39,646 nt of DNA, from assembly GCA_038734945.1 (NCBI GenBank), contig JAVYOA010000001.1, forward strand, positions 186,001 through 225,646, written 5' to 3'. The notes under the pieces were generated by a model. It had not been told where the DNA came from. It did no database searches and saw only the letters and a list, made by a program, of their open reading frames with translations. Positions 27,210 through 35,270 of this stretch are shown here, piece by piece (position 1 is the stretch's first letter; every line of letters begins with the position of its first letter). This DNA comes from Fervidicoccaceae archaeon. GTDB lineage: Archaea > Thermoproteota > Thermoprotei_A > Sulfolobales > Fervidicoccaceae. Made by a program: the position numbers and the translations under genes.

Positions 27210-27728
27210 TCAAAATTCCCGTTCTAGAGCTCTCTCTAGAAGAACAAGGATATCCTGCGGATGTTTAGCTACAGGTATTCCTCCAGCCTTGTCAAAGCTG
27301 CATTTTTCGCAGTATATGATCGATGGCCTGGGATCCTGAGCTGCAATGGATAGAGCATCCTCCTCGTTCTGCGAAACATAGATTCTTATTATCCCCTCTC
27401 TGGCAGAGAGCTTTCTGTAAAAGCCCTCGATGAGTATAAGGTCGCAGTTTGGAGAAGCATCTTGGATGAGCTTCAATGCAGTGTCTATATCTTCTTCGCT
27501 CTTTCTAGTCCTGAGGAACAGGGCATCAGGTGAAACGCCCACCACGGTCACAGCTCCAGCTCTTGTCAACCTATATGTATCGCTCCCCTCTCTATCCAGG
27601 AGCTCCCCAGGATGGTGTATGTGCTTGACAAAGGCAATGCAGAATCTCCTAGAAAGGGACGAGGCCAGATATTCAGCAAGCCTAGTCTTTCCAGACTTCT
27701 TCTTGCCAGTTATGGTGGCAATCCTCAT
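27210..27728 (-). CDS. mobB: Molybdopterin-guanine dinucleotide biosynthesis protein B
   Basis: GKKKSGKT, VKHIHH, DREGSDTYRL..AGA and DLILIEGF motifs. Confidence 0.88.
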   Translation of the reverse strand: MRIATITGKKKSGKTRLAEYLASSLSRRFCIAFVKHIHHPGELLDREGSDTYRLTRAGAVTVVGVSPDALFLRTRKSEEDIDTALKLIQDASPNCDLILIEGFYRKLSAREGIIRIYVSQNEEDALSIAAQDPRPSIIYCEKCSFDKAGGIPVAKHPQDILVLLERALEREF

Positions 27729-27733
27729 GATTA

Positions 27734-28987
27734 TCATGCCTCCTCCTTGCTCTTTTCCATGAGAGGGATCGAAAGGGCTTCTGGAGGTGAAAAGAGCTTT
27801 AGCTCTATCACTTCCCCCTCGTTCAATTTTCTTCCAGGCTCAATGAGGAAGAAGCCGTTTGCTCTGGTTATTGATGTGAGGAACAGAGATCCCCCATACT
27901 CCTTGGATATGGGCTCTGCCACATACTCTCCTCTATATTCAACTCTAGCTGTTCTGAATGTGAGCACCCCTGGCCTCCCCTCAACACCTCTCATGAGCTT
28001 CGCCCTAAGCTTCAGGTAGGGATCTTTGGTTCCATAGAAAGCACTGCTGAGCAATGGTATGACTATGAGGAGAAGGGAGGCCATAGCCGAGCCGATGTGT
28101 GCAGGAACAAGGAAAACAGGCTTTCCCCCAACAATCCCCATACCGCTTACTTTGCCTGGACTCACCTTTATGCCATGGAAAATAATTCTTCCTGCTTTGA
28201 GAAGCGCATCGTGGCAGGGATCATCCTCTCCAACAGATGCTCCACCAACAAGGATAATCGCGTCATAAAAAGAGGAAAGGGAGGAGATGGAGTTAGCTAA
28301 TTTTTCAGCATCATCTGGAAATATACCAATATGATGAGGTTCAAATCCATAGGAAGACAGAAGGAAGAAGGGCAGAAATGAGTAGCTGTCAGGATAGGAG
28401 ATTCCCTGGGCTTTTCTAGAGATCAGGTCGCTTCCTACAGCTGCTATCCCGATTATCGGCCTCCTGAGAACCCTTAATCTCGATCTCCCGAGCTCCATAA
28501 CGAGAACTAGGTCTTGGGCTCTAAGGATCCTTCCAGAAGGAATTGCAATTTCCCCTCCCCTTCCATCGCTTCCCCTTCTAACGATCCCCTCCCCCTTTGG
28601 GATGGGCTTCTTAACAATAAGCTTGTCTCCATCAATTGTTGCCTCCTCGAGCCTCAGAACAGCATCAGCTCCCTGAGGCACAGGGGATCCTCCTCCTATC
28701 AGCACACATTCCCCAGCCGATGTGATTTCTTTAACAATTCTCAAAATTACTGGGGAGGAGGGAGATGCATTGAAAGTATCTTCGCTCCTAAGAGCAAATC
28801 CATCATAGAAGGAAATGTCGCTGCTCGGGAAGTCTCTTGGGAATCTGAGCTCCTCAGCCAGAATTCTGTTCATTGCAAGCTCAACGCTTATTTCCTCTTC
28901 GAAGCGAGTTGAGGAGAAGGATCTCTCTCCAAGGGAGAGAGCCTCGCTCAATTCTATGAGTTTAAGCGGAATTTTTCTTCTCTGCAT
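27734..28987 (-). CDS. moeA: Molybdopterin molybdo-/tungstotransferase
   Basis: RILAE, S..DGFALRSED, GADAV, GGASVGEDD, KVSPGK and RANGF motifs. Confidence 0.88.
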   Translation of the reverse strand: MQRRKIPLKLIELSEALSLGERSFSSTRFEEEISVELAMNRILAEELRFPRDFPSSDISFYDGFALRSEDTFNASPSSPVILRIVKEITSAGECVLIGGGSPVPQGADAVLRLEEATIDGDKLIVKKPIPKGEGIVRRGSDGRGGEIAIPSGRILRAQDLVLVMELGRSRLRVLRRPIIGIAAVGSDLISRKAQGISYPDSYSFLPFFLLSSYGFEPHHIGIFPDDAEKLANSISSLSSFYDAIILVGGASVGEDDPCHDALLKAGRIIFHGIKVSPGKVSGMGIVGGKPVFLVPAHIGSAMASLLLIVIPLLSSAFYGTKDPYLKLRAKLMRGVEGRPGVLTFRTARVEYRGEYVAEPISKEYGGSLFLTSITRANGFFLIEPGRKLNEGEVIELKLFSPPEALSIPLMEKSKEEA

Positions 28988-29145
28988 TAGACAGACCTCC
29001 CGAGAAAAATCTCCCCTTTATATATATTTGTCTTTAATGAACAGATAAAAAATTTTAAATCTTTAAGATAGTTATAATTTTTTGGAAAATAATAATAATT
29101 TGTGTAAGGTGGTGAAAAATATCCAAGGATGATGGAAGGCTTAAG

Positions 29146-31653
29146 ATGACTAGAAGAGACTTCTTGAAGTCAGCTGCTTTCACTGCACTGGCTCTCTCAA
29201 TTCCTACAGGGGGGCTCAAGCTTCTTGAGAGCATTGCCGAGACTGAGGCAGGAAGTAGTGCTTTAAAGACTAGCACCCCTATTCCTTCCTACGTTCCCAC
29301 CTCCTGCGGAATGTGCGGCGGCAACTGTGGGATCAAGATAGGTGTCCTCGATGGCAAGCCTGTTGGAGTAGTTCCCATAGAAGGTCATCCCCAACCAGGA
29401 ACTTGCGGGAGATGCTCCTCTCTCCCTTGGCTCTACGATAATCCGCTTAGGCTGAAGAGGCCATTGAAGAGAATAGGCAGCAAAGGGGAGGGGAAGCTTG
29501 AGGAGATCTCCTGGGATCAAGCTCTGAGCGAGATAGCGTCCAAGTTGAAGGACATAGTTAGCAAATATGGATACAGGTCAATAGCAATAACCTATCACTC
29601 CTGCTGGGCTAGCTACTTCCCTCTATATGCTTACCTCCTGGGAACACCGAACATAGTGCAGCACGTCAGCATGTGCCACGTTCCAGGAACTGTGGCCAGG
29701 ATGCACATCTTTGGTGTTGGAGGACCAATGGCAGTGGACCCGGATTACGAGAATGCTAGCTATCTTCTTCTAATAGGAAGAAGCGTGAGCACTGGAGTCA
29801 TGGGACAAATAAAGAGGCTCAGAAACAACAGCAAGGTGAGGATTGTGGTTATAGATCCGAGAATGCCTGAGATAGGCTTCGGGGATGTTGAGTGGGTCCC
29901 AATTATCCCAGGAACGGATGCAGCATTTCTTCTATCTATGATCAACGTAATAATAGAGGAGGGTCTCTACGATGCAACCTTCCTTAAGAAGTACAGCAAT
30001 GCTCCATTTCTCATAAAGCCAGATGGCTCTCCTCTCAGAGAAGCTGACGTGAAGGAGGGGGGGAGCTCAACGGTCTACATGGTATATGACAGTGCCTCAG
30101 GCAGCATAGCTCCACACACAAGCGCCTCTTCTCCCGATCTGATGTACAGTGGAACTGTAACATTGAAGGATGGAAGCTCTCTTCAAGTTAAGACAGCATT
30201 CCTTCTGCTGAAGGAAAGAGCCTCACAGTACTCTCCAGAAATGGCTGAGGGCATAACAGGAGTGGAGGCTGAGAAGATAAGGAGGATAGCTAGAGAATTT
30301 GCTATTTATCATGGAGTAGCTGATGATACCTGGTATGCTGCCAAGAACGGAAACGACTATGATGCTGTGAGATCAATTCTCATTCTCAATGCCCTAGTTG
30401 GCAACATAGATGCTGTAGGAGGTCTCATATTCCAGGAGGCAGCAGGAGTTCCAAGCATATTGACTATAACTACAAGTGGCGGGAAGAGATATGCGCAGAC
30501 GGTTTATGGAGCTAAAATGCCGGAGGACATGTTCGCAAATGCTGCTGATAAGAGGGTTGACCAGCTGAAGTATCCCCTCACTCTGGGGACATTTGATGCT
30601 GTAATGGATGCCATAATCAAAGGGGATCCGTATCCTATCAAGGCTCTCTTCGTTATCGGAACTGCTCCAATGCATAGAGACATGGATTTAAACAAGGTGA
30701 TAAAAGCATACGAGAACCTCGAGCTCATGGTATTCATAAATATCCTATATCAGGATGATGTAGACTACGCTGACTATGTTTTGCCGGATACAACATTTAT
30801 GGAGAGAGAAGATGTTTTTTCCACTGCTTGGACGCCACATGCTGTAGTACAGAAGACAAACAAAGTCCTGGATCCCCCCGCAGATGCTGATCCAAGAGAC
30901 GTTCTCTGGGTAATGTTCGAAATAGCTAGGAGAGCCTTTCCTGAAAGAGCCTATGCCCTAGGATGGAGCGACGACTATGCAGACTATTCTAAATACAAAA
31001 CAAACTTTGTTCCAATGGTGCAGAATTCAGTTATTTCCGGAGTTGCCAGCAAGTGGAACATACCTGTTGACGTGCTGAAAGCTCAGCTCCAGAGCAATGG
31101 CTTCTACATTCTGAAGAAGAAGAGCTATTATTCAAGACCTTACAAGACACCCCTAGGCACACCCAGCGGGAAGGTGGAGATATACTCACTTTCCGCACTC
31201 GGCTCAGGCCTGGATCCCCTTCCAAAGCAATCCCCTCCATCGTATACTCTTCCCAGCGCTTCGAATGAGTTCTACCTCGTCAATGCAAAAGGCCCGCTGA
31301 CAAGCCAGCAGGCTACAATACTCGAGCCTGCCAAGTACTTGGATGATAGGACAGTGTGGATGAATCCAGAAGATGCATCGAGACTTGGAATAAGGGATGG
31401 AGACACGATAGAGCTCGAAAGCTTAGACATTCCCGGAGTCAAGGCCCAATGCGAGGTTAGATTAACAACCAGAGTTAGGAAGGGAGTTCTCTATGTATAT
31501 GCCCAGACCGGAGGCAGAATAGGAAAATGGCTTCTGAACATGAAGCACTTCTCAACACAGGGAATAAATCCTGAAGCCTTCGCTGCTGCCAAAGTTACTC
31601 CCATAATCGGAGCAGGGACTGCGAACAGCACAGTCAGGGTGAGAAGAGCATAG
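29146..31653 (+). CDS. psrA: Tat-exported Mo-bisPGD catalytic subunit, polysulfide/thiosulfate/sulfur reductase (Psr/Phs/Sre) clade
   Basis: TRRDFLK Tat motif, CGMCGGNC...C 4Fe-4S, SMCH (putative Cys ligand), PIIPGTDAA, ADYVLPDTTFMER, TPSGKVE and VWMNPEDA. Confidence 0.85.
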   Translation: MTRRDFLKSAAFTALALSIPTGGLKLLESIAETEAGSSALKTSTPIPSYVPTSCGMCGGNCGIKIGVLDGKPVGVVPIEGHPQPGTCGRCSSLPWLYDNPLRLKRPLKRIGSKGEGKLEEISWDQALSEIASKLKDIVSKYGYRSIAITYHSCWASYFPLYAYLLGTPNIVQHVSMCHVPGTVARMHIFGVGGPMAVDPDYENASYLLLIGRSVSTGVMGQIKRLRNNSKVRIVVIDPRMPEIGFGDVEWVPIIPGTDAAFLLSMINVIIEEGLYDATFLKKYSNAPFLIKPDGSPLREADVKEGGSSTVYMVYDSASGSIAPHTSASSPDLMYSGTVTLKDGSSLQVKTAFLLLKERASQYSPEMAEGITGVEAEKIRRIAREFAIYHGVADDTWYAAKNGNDYDAVRSILILNALVGNIDAVGGLIFQEAAGVPSILTITTSGGKRYAQTVYGAKMPEDMFANAADKRVDQLKYPLTLGTFDAVMDAIIKGDPYPIKALFVIGTAPMHRDMDLNKVIKAYENLELMVFINILYQDDVDYADYVLPDTTFMEREDVFSTAWTPHAVVQKTNKVLDPPADADPRDVLWVMFEIARRAFPERAYALGWSDDYADYSKYKTNFVPMVQNSVISGVASKWNIPVDVLKAQLQSNGFYILKKKSYYSRPYKTPLGTPSGKVEIYSLSALGSGLDPLPKQSPPSYTLPSASNEFYLVNAKGPLTSQQATILEPAKYLDDRTVWMNPEDASRLGIRDGDTIELESLDIPGVKAQCEVRLTTRVRKGVLYVYAQTGGRIGKWLLNMKHFSTQGINPEAFAAAKVTPIIGAGTANSTVRVRRA

Positions 31654-31663
31654 GTGATGCAGC

Positions 31664-32236
31664 ATGGTCAGATATGGTTTCCTATACGATGAGAGCAGAT
31701 GCATATCGTGCTTATCCTGTGTCATAGCATGCTCGTCGAACAACTATGGAGAATTCATGGAGGATCAGAATCCGAATCCTTTCTGGAGGACGTTAGCTAC
31801 AAACATAAGAGTTGTTATCAAGGAGGTTGGAAGGGCAGAGATCAACCTTCTCTCTTGCCAACACTGCGAGAGACCCCCTTGCGTTGAGGTTTGCCCAACA
31901 GGAGCATCCCACATTGACAGAAGCAATGGGCTCGTCGAAATAGATTATGAGAAATGCATAGGATGCAAGGCCTGCGTAACTGCCTGTCCCTACAACGCCA
32001 GATGGCTTGATAAGGTCAAGATGCTTCCCATGAAGTGCATGGGAGAAGCATGCAAGGCTAGAGTGAGCAGGGGGGAGCTTCCGTTCTGTGTGGCCGTCTG
32101 CCCAGCAAATGCTAGAGCCTTCGGAGACCTGGATAATCCTAACAGCGACATAAGCAAGAGAATAGCAACTGCCAAGACAGTTAGGCTCAAGGAATCACTT
32201 GGAACAGAACCAAAGTTCTTCGTTGTTAGGGGGTGA
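31664..32236 (+). CDS. psrB: Four-cluster ferredoxin subunit (PsrB/NrfC-like)
   Basis: CISCLSCVIAC, CQHCERPPCVEVCP, CIGCKACVTACPY and KC..C....PFCVAVCP. Confidence 0.92.
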   Translation: MVRYGFLYDESRCISCLSCVIACSSNNYGEFMEDQNPNPFWRTLATNIRVVIKEVGRAEINLLSCQHCERPPCVEVCPTGASHIDRSNGLVEIDYEKCIGCKACVTACPYNARWLDKVKMLPMKCMGEACKARVSRGELPFCVAVCPANARAFGDLDNPNSDISKRIATAKTVRLKESLGTEPKFFVVRG

Positions 32237-32816
32237 GGAAAGATGAGGAGAATGTATGCTCTGCTAACTAGCCTGGCTCTTTTAATAGTAGGGGTTGTTC
32301 TCGGCTTCATTGGTTTCAGACTCAAGGAGGTTGGAGAAATAGCCTGGGGATTTCTTGTTCCAGGTTACATGTTCTTCGCAATGACAGCAGCTGGTGCAGC
32401 TCTCGTTACTCTTGCCCCCTCCTTATTTGGATTCAGCGGGAAGGAAGGAGAGCTTAGATCCCTCAGAAAGCTGGCCCTCTGGTTCGCTGCAGGCACGCTA
32501 ATACCCTCATGGTTCCTGATACTCCTAGATCTCTCCAGACCTCCAGAGTTCGTTGAGATATTCCTTAGCTTCAATCCCAGCTCTAGAATAGCATGGATGG
32601 GAGTGTTGTATCTGACAACGTTCATTGTCCTGGTTGTAGAGCTTATATATGCCATCGTAAAGGAGGAAAGAGGTGAGGGGGTCCAGGGTAAAGCTCTAGG
32701 TGGGATCATCCTCACAATAGTAGGGACAATAGTTGAGCTCTTGCTCATCTCGAATCTCTCACAAGTATTCGGCGTCGTTCAAACATTTCCTGCCTGGCAC
32801 GGATCCTATCTTGTGG

Positions 32817-32990
32817 GGTTCAGCTCTTATATAAGTTTATATTGGTCGGTTTCATCGCCTCATCTTTGTTCCCCTGCATCCCACTCGGGTTTTCATCGGG
32901 CTTAGGAGCGTTCAGGGGTACCCTTAAACCCCCACATCTTGAGTACCTGTGGAACAAGTTGATGCACGCTACGACGTCTCTGTCGCCTGT
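32817..32990 (-). ncRNA. Predicted omegaRNA/sotRNA overlapping the tnpB 3' end
   Basis: GC-rich hairpin region (CCCGATGAAAACCCGAGTGGG, CCCCTG...CAGGGG) in the tail of tnpB. Position follows the established TnpB omegaRNA architecture; bounds are approximate. Confidence 0.55.
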
Positions 32991-34043
32991 GAAACCGCAT
33001 TTAGAGCACTTCAATACTCTATTACCATTATCTTCTAGCTTGCATCTACACCTGGGACATGTGGATGATGTTTTCTTTGGATTAACACATCCAACCTCTA
33101 AACTTCTCTCAAGTGCTTCATATCCTATGGTAAACTGTATTTTCCTGTAGAACCACAGCGATAGTTTCTTGTTGAATGTTTTGTTCTTCTTTTCGTTATC
33201 CTTAAGTTTGTTTAGGTTTTCGAGAACTATGGTTGAGTTATGCTCATCAGCTAGCTCAGCAATTCTATCGCCTATCTTATGTGTGAAATCCCATTCTATA
33301 TTCCTAATCATTTCACCATGTCTCTCGATAGCTCTTCTAACACCTCTAATGAATCTCCACGACCTTAGATATTTCTTTTGAATCTTCTCGATCCATATCT
33401 TATGTGTCAGTATTCTTCTGAGTGGTGTTCTGAATCGCTTGAGCTTGATTATTCTTCCGTTGGATGTGAAAATAGCTAGCGTAATGTTGTCGAAATTCAA
33501 GTCAACAGTCATAATGGTTCTGGGTTTTCTTGGCTTAACGGTTTTCTTGAAGTAAACCGCTACGTAGACCTCGTCTTCATTCACCTTTACAGCAATCTCA
33601 TAGTTGCTCCATTCTCTAAACTTTTCCACTCTCTCGCTAGATGTTAGCAGTTTTAGCTTAACTTCCCTGTTTTCATGAATCTTTAGAATCAGTATTCTGT
33701 TTTCGAGATCAAGTCTGTAGTCGTATTTGTCTACTCTAGCCGTTAACCTCCTTAGAACCGGCTTCTTTCCACCATTCTTTTTACTAGCTTTAGCAATGGC
33801 TTTTGCATAGACGTAGATCTGCTTTACGTGGTGTGCTCTGAAACCGCATCTTCTAAGCTCGCCGTAGAACATTCTATGCAGTTTTGCTATTGAAGGTATT
33901 GCTCTCAGGTTCCAGAGTTTGTTCACTACTAGCTGAACAACATCGTGGTAGAGCCTCAGGAACTCGACCAGAGCTTCATAGCCATTACTACCCTCGGGGA
34001 GAGCCCTTATCATAAGTGTTTCAATAAGTTCTCCTTCCCTCAT
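32820..34043 (-). CDS. tnpB: RNA-guided endonuclease TnpB
   Basis: RuvC-I TVDLN, RuvC-II VLENL, Zn finger CPRC...CSKC and RuvC-III DRDVVACINL. ATG 34043 follows AGGAG. Confidence 0.93.
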   Translation of the reverse strand: MREGELIETLMIRALPEGSNGYEALVEFLRLYHDVVQLVVNKLWNLRAIPSIAKLHRMFYGELRRCGFRAHHVKQIYVYAKAIAKASKKNGGKKPVLRRLTARVDKYDYRLDLENRILILKIHENREVKLKLLTSSERVEKFREWSNYEIAVKVNEDEVYVAVYFKKTVKPRKPRTIMTVDLNFDNITLAIFTSNGRIIKLKRFRTPLRRILTHKIWIEKIQKKYLRSWRFIRGVRRAIERHGEMIRNIEWDFTHKIGDRIAELADEHNSTIVLENLNKLKDNEKKNKTFNKKLSLWFYRKIQFTIGYEALERSLEVGCVNPKKTSSTCPRCRCKLEDNGNRVLKCSKCGFTGDRDVVACINLFHRYSRCGGLRVPLNAPKPDENPSGMQGNKDEAMKPTNINLYKS

Positions 34044-34120
34044 TGAGTAGCTTCTCCTGTGTTTAGCTGTGAGAGACATATTTATAATTTTTTCTATCAA
34101 ATTAGCTTATAGGAGATAGA

Positions 34121-34266
34121 TTGGCTAACAAGCTCTATTTTGTGAAGTGCAATGTTATAAAGTATAGGTATGAGCACCAGTACTATACCCACTAGGAAAA
34201 GACAAGGAGAAGATAAGACAGCTCCACGGAAAGAAAGTCTACGCGTTAATCATAACAGAGGAGTAA
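34121..34266 (+). pseudogene. Frameshifted ~48-aa basic micro-ORF divergent from tnpB inside the element
   Basis: AGGAG SD + TTG 34121 gives MANKLYFVKCNVIKYRYEHQYY (stop 34193-95). The -1 frame continues LYPLGKDKEKIRQLHGKKVYALIITEE* (TAA 34264-66). Confidence 0.55.
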
Positions 34267-34903
34267 TATCAAGAGATATAAACCAATATGAAACCCAAAA
34301 CAGTTGCACGAGGCAATATTCATCGCAGCATCACTTCTTCTTGGCTCAGCAGGAATGAGCCTATTCGGTGCGATGGCTATGAGAGGAAGGGAGAAGGAAA
34401 GGAGCTTCTTAGCATCCTACTATGGAAAGATGCTGATAGCATCGTCGATGGCCCTCGTTCTTCTCCTATTCTGGGATTTCCTTTCAGCGTACTATACACC
34501 AGAAGCATGGGCATCGCTCAGTAGAATGGTAAACGGCTCGTATGCATTATCTTTCTGGTTTGCAGTAGTGCTGGGCTTAGTTGCTGCCCCTCTGCTGGCA
34601 GGAATCGCTTCGAAAAGGAGATCAATTTCTGCTCTAGCCTTTTCCTCCGCTCTTTCGCTCATATTCGGCATCATGCTACTGTATTTGATAATAGTTGTTC
34701 CTCAGACTGTTTACTTCGATGTTATTCCAGAAGTCACAATAATAAATAGCTACTCAGTAGGAACAGGAGAGGCCCTCATAGGACTGGGAGGAGCTCTTAT
34801 TTGGGCTGCCCTCATAGCGCTGGGCTACTATCTTCTCCCGCTGATGCCAGAGGAAAGAGCAAGGAAGCTATTCATATTCAAGTGATTTTTTTAAATCAGA
34901 ATC

Positions 34904-35080
34904 TTATGGGAGGAGCAGCCTGAGGGCAACAACTGCCCCTATGAAGGCTATTGAAATTATTATTACAGTTGTCGGTGTTATGGAGAACTTTGTATCTGTT
35001 TCCTCATAGAAGCTTATAAGACCTGCAGCTGACATGAGACCGCTGGGCTTCTTCTTTTTTTCCTTTGATTTTGAAGACAT
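34904..35080 (-). CDS. secG: Preprotein translocase subunit Sec61beta (archaeal SecG)
   Basis: Not in the ORF track (58 aa): MSSKSKEKKKKPSGLMSAAGLISFYEETDTKFSITPTTVIIISIAFIGAVVALRLLLP; SAAGL..FYEE..I.P + TM is the Sec61beta signature. Confidence 0.92.
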   Translation of the reverse strand: MSSKSKEKKKKPSGLMSAAGLISFYEETDTKFSITPTTVIIISIAFIGAVVALRLLLP

Positions 35081-35270
35081 GTTGCATCATGCTATTTTAA
35101 GCTTCTAAAAGTAATAAATGTTTTTTGTTTTTAGTCTCAGCGATTCATAGCCATTGAAAAATTAGAGGAATAAATAACTATAAAAGAGAAAATTTTTTCG
35201 TTTTTGTTATGAAAAAATTTATATTTAACCAAATTCAATCAAAAATAGCAACACTTTTTGGTGATATAAT

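Larger units (their letters stand above)
32816..34312 (-). mobile_element. Non-autonomous tnpB-only element (IS200/IS605/IS607 superfamily; IS607-like ends)
   Basis: Removing 32816-34312 restores CTT GTG GCA ATA (L-V-A-I). GG is present at both junctions (32815-16; 34312-13), there is no longer TSD, and short sub-terminal inverted motifs occur. Ends are uncertain by a few nt. Confidence 0.8.
32243..34885 (+). pseudogene. psrC: NrfD/PsrC membrane anchor interrupted by a tnpB element (5' part 32243-32815, 3' part 34313-34885)
   Basis: 5' half has AWGFLVPGYMFF, LLDLSRP and SRIAWM and ends ...FPAWHGSYLV. 3' half starts AIFIAASLLLGSAG. Both halves are in the same frame. Confidence 0.88.

Noticed and set aside
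32816..34312. Insert length is a multiple of 3, suggesting read-through or an intein
   Set aside because: The psrC frame hits a stop at 32903-32905 inside the insert, and tnpB is on the opposite strand.
32805..34325. Insertion in psrC acting as a BHB intron or IStron-like spliced element
   Set aside because: A 4-bp central helix (UUGU/ACGA) with 3-nt bulges can be drawn, but both flanking helices are poor, and no group I intron core is recognisable in the ~270 nt non-tnpB end. RT-PCR across the junction would settle it.
34170..34358. 62-aa ORF from the track
   Set aside because: It crosses the element boundary, has no motifs, and overlaps the more protein-like frameshifted micro-ORF.
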